A DNA stretch of 64,000 nucleotides from Candidatus Heimdallarchaeota archaeon (GTDB lineage Archaea > Asgardarchaeota > Heimdallarchaeia > JABLTI01): the NCBI GenBank assembly GCA_018238155.1, contig JABCTZ010000006.1:32001-96000 (forward strand), read 5' to 3'. Position numbers and translations under genes: made by a program. The stretch's first letter is position 1. The number at the start of each line of letters is the position of its first letter. Positions 61,787-64,000 of this stretch are shown in pieces. Under the pieces are notes generated by a model, which worked only from the letters and a program-made list of their open reading frames with translations, had not been told where the DNA came from and made no database searches.

Positions 61787-62707
61787 CTATCTTTTTCTTT
61801 TCTTTGAAAAATATCGCCCCTTTGAAATGGCAAAAACGCTGAGTATACTAGAAATGAAACCAATTGCTGATACTCCTTGTGAAGGTTGTAATTTGAAAGC
61901 AGGCATATTATAATCAACCTCCTCAAATAATAGTGATGTAGATACATCAACAGCATAACCATTGATTTCACCAGAACAAGAACCCTCATATCTTGATCCC
62001 AATACAATTCCTGTTAACTTATGAATAGAAATCTGATAATTACTTGTACCTGTAATATTCGAAATGAAACGTTCATTTGAACGAATATCTATCATTTCAA
62101 CGACCCATTCAGCAGTAAACACATCACTTTTGGTCTTGCTTGTATAGTCAATAGTATAATTAGCATTGTCAGATGTAGCTGTTAAAAAAAAATGAGCAAA
62201 ATTGTAACTATATAAGTTTAGATATTCCCAAGTTGATTCTGTGATATCTATGAATGGAACAAAAGTAGGCATATAGAGTATTTGATATCCTTCTGCGAAT
62301 CGTGTTTCTGCAGTTTTCCAATTATTTGCAAATGATCCCATTACGTTAAAAACGTACATTACTGAGTCTGGAATTAAATATTCCACAACATCTAATCCTA
62401 TATAACCAATATCTTCGGAATCTTCTGCTGCAAAAGTAACTTTTACAAGAGCAGATGAAACATCATCTATTTCCACTGAAAAAGAGTGGCCTTCTTCGAT
62501 ATTTTTCCCATAAATACTTATCCCTGAAGTTTCAAAATAATCTAAACCTATTGCTGCTTCAAGAGAAGCTTCAGAAATAGAGTAATTTATCTTTTCTCCT
62601 TTGCTCACATTAAAAGTGCATGCACTAAATTGTAAATTTACCAACAAAGCACTCAATATGATTTGAAAAATAATTATCCAAATTTTCTTAATAATCATTA
62701 TCTCCAA
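61787..62707 (-). CDS. Secreted protein with C-terminal TM/basic anchor
   Basis: Signal peptide, beta-rich body, GFISSILSVFAI and RYFSKKRKR. Confidence 0.65.
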   Translation of the reverse strand: MEIMIIKKIWIIIFQIILSALLVNLQFSACTFNVSKGEKINYSISEASLEAAIGLDYFETSGISIYGKNIEEGHSFSVEIDDVSSALVKVTFAAEDSEDIGYIGLDVVEYLIPDSVMYVFNVMGSFANNWKTAETRFAEGYQILYMPTFVPFIDITESTWEYLNLYSYNFAHFFLTATSDNANYTIDYTSKTKSDVFTAEWVVEMIDIRSNERFISNITGTSNYQISIHKLTGIVLGSRYEGSCSGEINGYAVDVSTSLLFEEVDYNMPAFKLQPSQGVSAIGFISSILSVFAISKGRYFSKKRKR

Positions 62708-62807
62708 TTAATCTTCATTATAAAAAACATATAAAAGATATATAAAGCTATTTTTATTGAAAAGTATTTGTTGTCAATTTTAGAAACTCTTAAATGAAAG
62801 AATTACC

Positions 62808-63809
62808 TTGTTTTATTATATTAGGTGGTATATTGTGAACAAGAAAATAATAATCATATTAATAACAAAAATATCGCTTATTACCATTTTAATGGTCAAT
62901 ACCACATCTATTCAATCAGCAGATCGATCATGGCATGCAGGTGAAGTGTATTTCTTTGGAAGCTCTTATGATATACACGAAATACTTAGAACTCATTCTC
63001 CTGATCTTCAAACAATTGTTGATATTAGTGGTGAAATGCAATTTTCTTATAATATCACTGGAATAGATTTAATACAAGAGAGATATCAAGCAATTTATAC
63101 AGATAATTCAGGACCATCCACTACTACAAATCGGCGCTTCATTTGGGAAGATTTTGTTGAACGTTATTTAGAGAATCTCTTTGATGCTACTTATGTGTGG
63201 GATTATGAACACAATAGCACAGTTCTCACTGGTTTTAGTATTTCTTCATCCAAATGGACTTTCATTGAACCACAGTGGGATAAGATAAATAGTGGATTCG
63301 CAAATGATTTTCTCAACACATCAGAAATTATTGCTACAGTAAATGATCCCTATTCTTCAGTCATTCACAACATTACTTTAGGTTCTTTTCTTAATGATAC
63401 AAGTTCATATACGATAATGGGGAAAGATAATTTAGAGGATGCTAAGAATAAATTCACAGAAAAAGTCACCAAGTGGTTTTTAGAGCTTGATTTAACCGGA
63501 CTTTTAATGACCGGTATTTATAATAGTACTTTAGGATACAATTTATATCATCCTGCTGAAAAAGCAACAATTTCCTATGAAGTTGAATATTCCAAAGGAG
63601 GGGTTTTGAATAAATTGCAACTAGGTAGTTTTTCAAATTATACATTCACTGATTATTCAGTTGAATCTTTGATGAATCACCTAACTGTTCTTGGTGGTAT
63701 AGAATCACTTGAAGGCAATTTTCCAATTTTAATGGTATTTCCCGCAATAATCTTTGTAGCTATTTTTGCGCTGAAAATTAGAAAAGAAAAGAATCGGAGG
63801 GTTTGGTGA
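62808..63809 (+). CDS. Secreted glycoprotein-like protein with C-terminal TM/basic anchor
   Basis: Signal peptide, many N-x-S/T, YSKGGVL, C-terminal TM and KIRKEK. Confidence 0.65.
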   Translation: MFYYIRWYIVNKKIIIILITKISLITILMVNTTSIQSADRSWHAGEVYFFGSSYDIHEILRTHSPDLQTIVDISGEMQFSYNITGIDLIQERYQAIYTDNSGPSTTTNRRFIWEDFVERYLENLFDATYVWDYEHNSTVLTGFSISSSKWTFIEPQWDKINSGFANDFLNTSEIIATVNDPYSSVIHNITLGSFLNDTSSYTIMGKDNLEDAKNKFTEKVTKWFLELDLTGLLMTGIYNSTLGYNLYHPAEKATISYEVEYSKGGVLNKLQLGSFSNYTFTDYSVESLMNHLTVLGGIESLEGNFPILMVFPAIIFVAIFALKIRKEKNRRVW

Positions 63810-63814
63810 TTACT

Positions 63815-64000
63815 ATGAAGCAAAACACAAAATTTTTCATGTTATTCCAATTAACAATACTAATTTTTGTAATGGTAAATCCAACAAATAGTCAAGCAAT
63901 AGGAGAATCTTGGGAAGCTGGGACCTTCTATACATTCAACACACGTGACCTTGAAAATTTTTCTTTCATCAATGAAAAGGAAGATACTGAATCGCATTCG
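63815..64000 (+). CDS. Probable paralog of the previous gene, runs off window end
   Basis: MKQNTKFFMLFQLTILIFVMVNPTNSQAIGESWEAGTFYTF resembles MVNTTSIQSADRSWHAGEVYFF. Confidence 0.6.
   Translation, partial: MKQNTKFFMLFQLTILIFVMVNPTNSQAIGESWEAGTFYTFNTRDLENFSFINEKEDTESHS

Overview
AT-rich archaeal chromosomal window, very probably from an Asgard archaeon. Heimdallarchaeia is a guess from gene content and the divergent archaeal 16S, not from a database search. 1-37.6 kb and 49-64 kb are housekeeping and metabolic genes mixed with several eukaryote-like proteins: a longin-DENN protein, an NPRL2-like protein, a PIG-B/Alg9-like GT22, a 2308-aa SNAP/TPR solenoid with C-terminal winged helices, tandem Ufm1-like domains, a PAC2 with an HbYX tail, a possible Sec11-SPCS3 fusion and a divergent PlsY. 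A lone 16S rRNA gene (about 38404-39894, no 23S or tRNA after it) is bracketed by a long processing stem with a perfect 3-4-3 bulge-helix-bulge (BHB). The main discovery is directly downstream (39.9-49.0 kb). The 3' arm of that 16S processing stem recurs seven more times as same-orientation, variably 5'-truncated, diverged copies, and one copy still carries the last 23 nt of the 16S. Each interval between copies holds exactly one accessory module: a beta-propeller protein plus a caspase-like protease, Phd-RelE, two DUF433-PIN modules, HicAB, and two LVIVD-like surface proteins. This looks like an rRNA-anchored, integron-like cassette array with no recombinase in the window.
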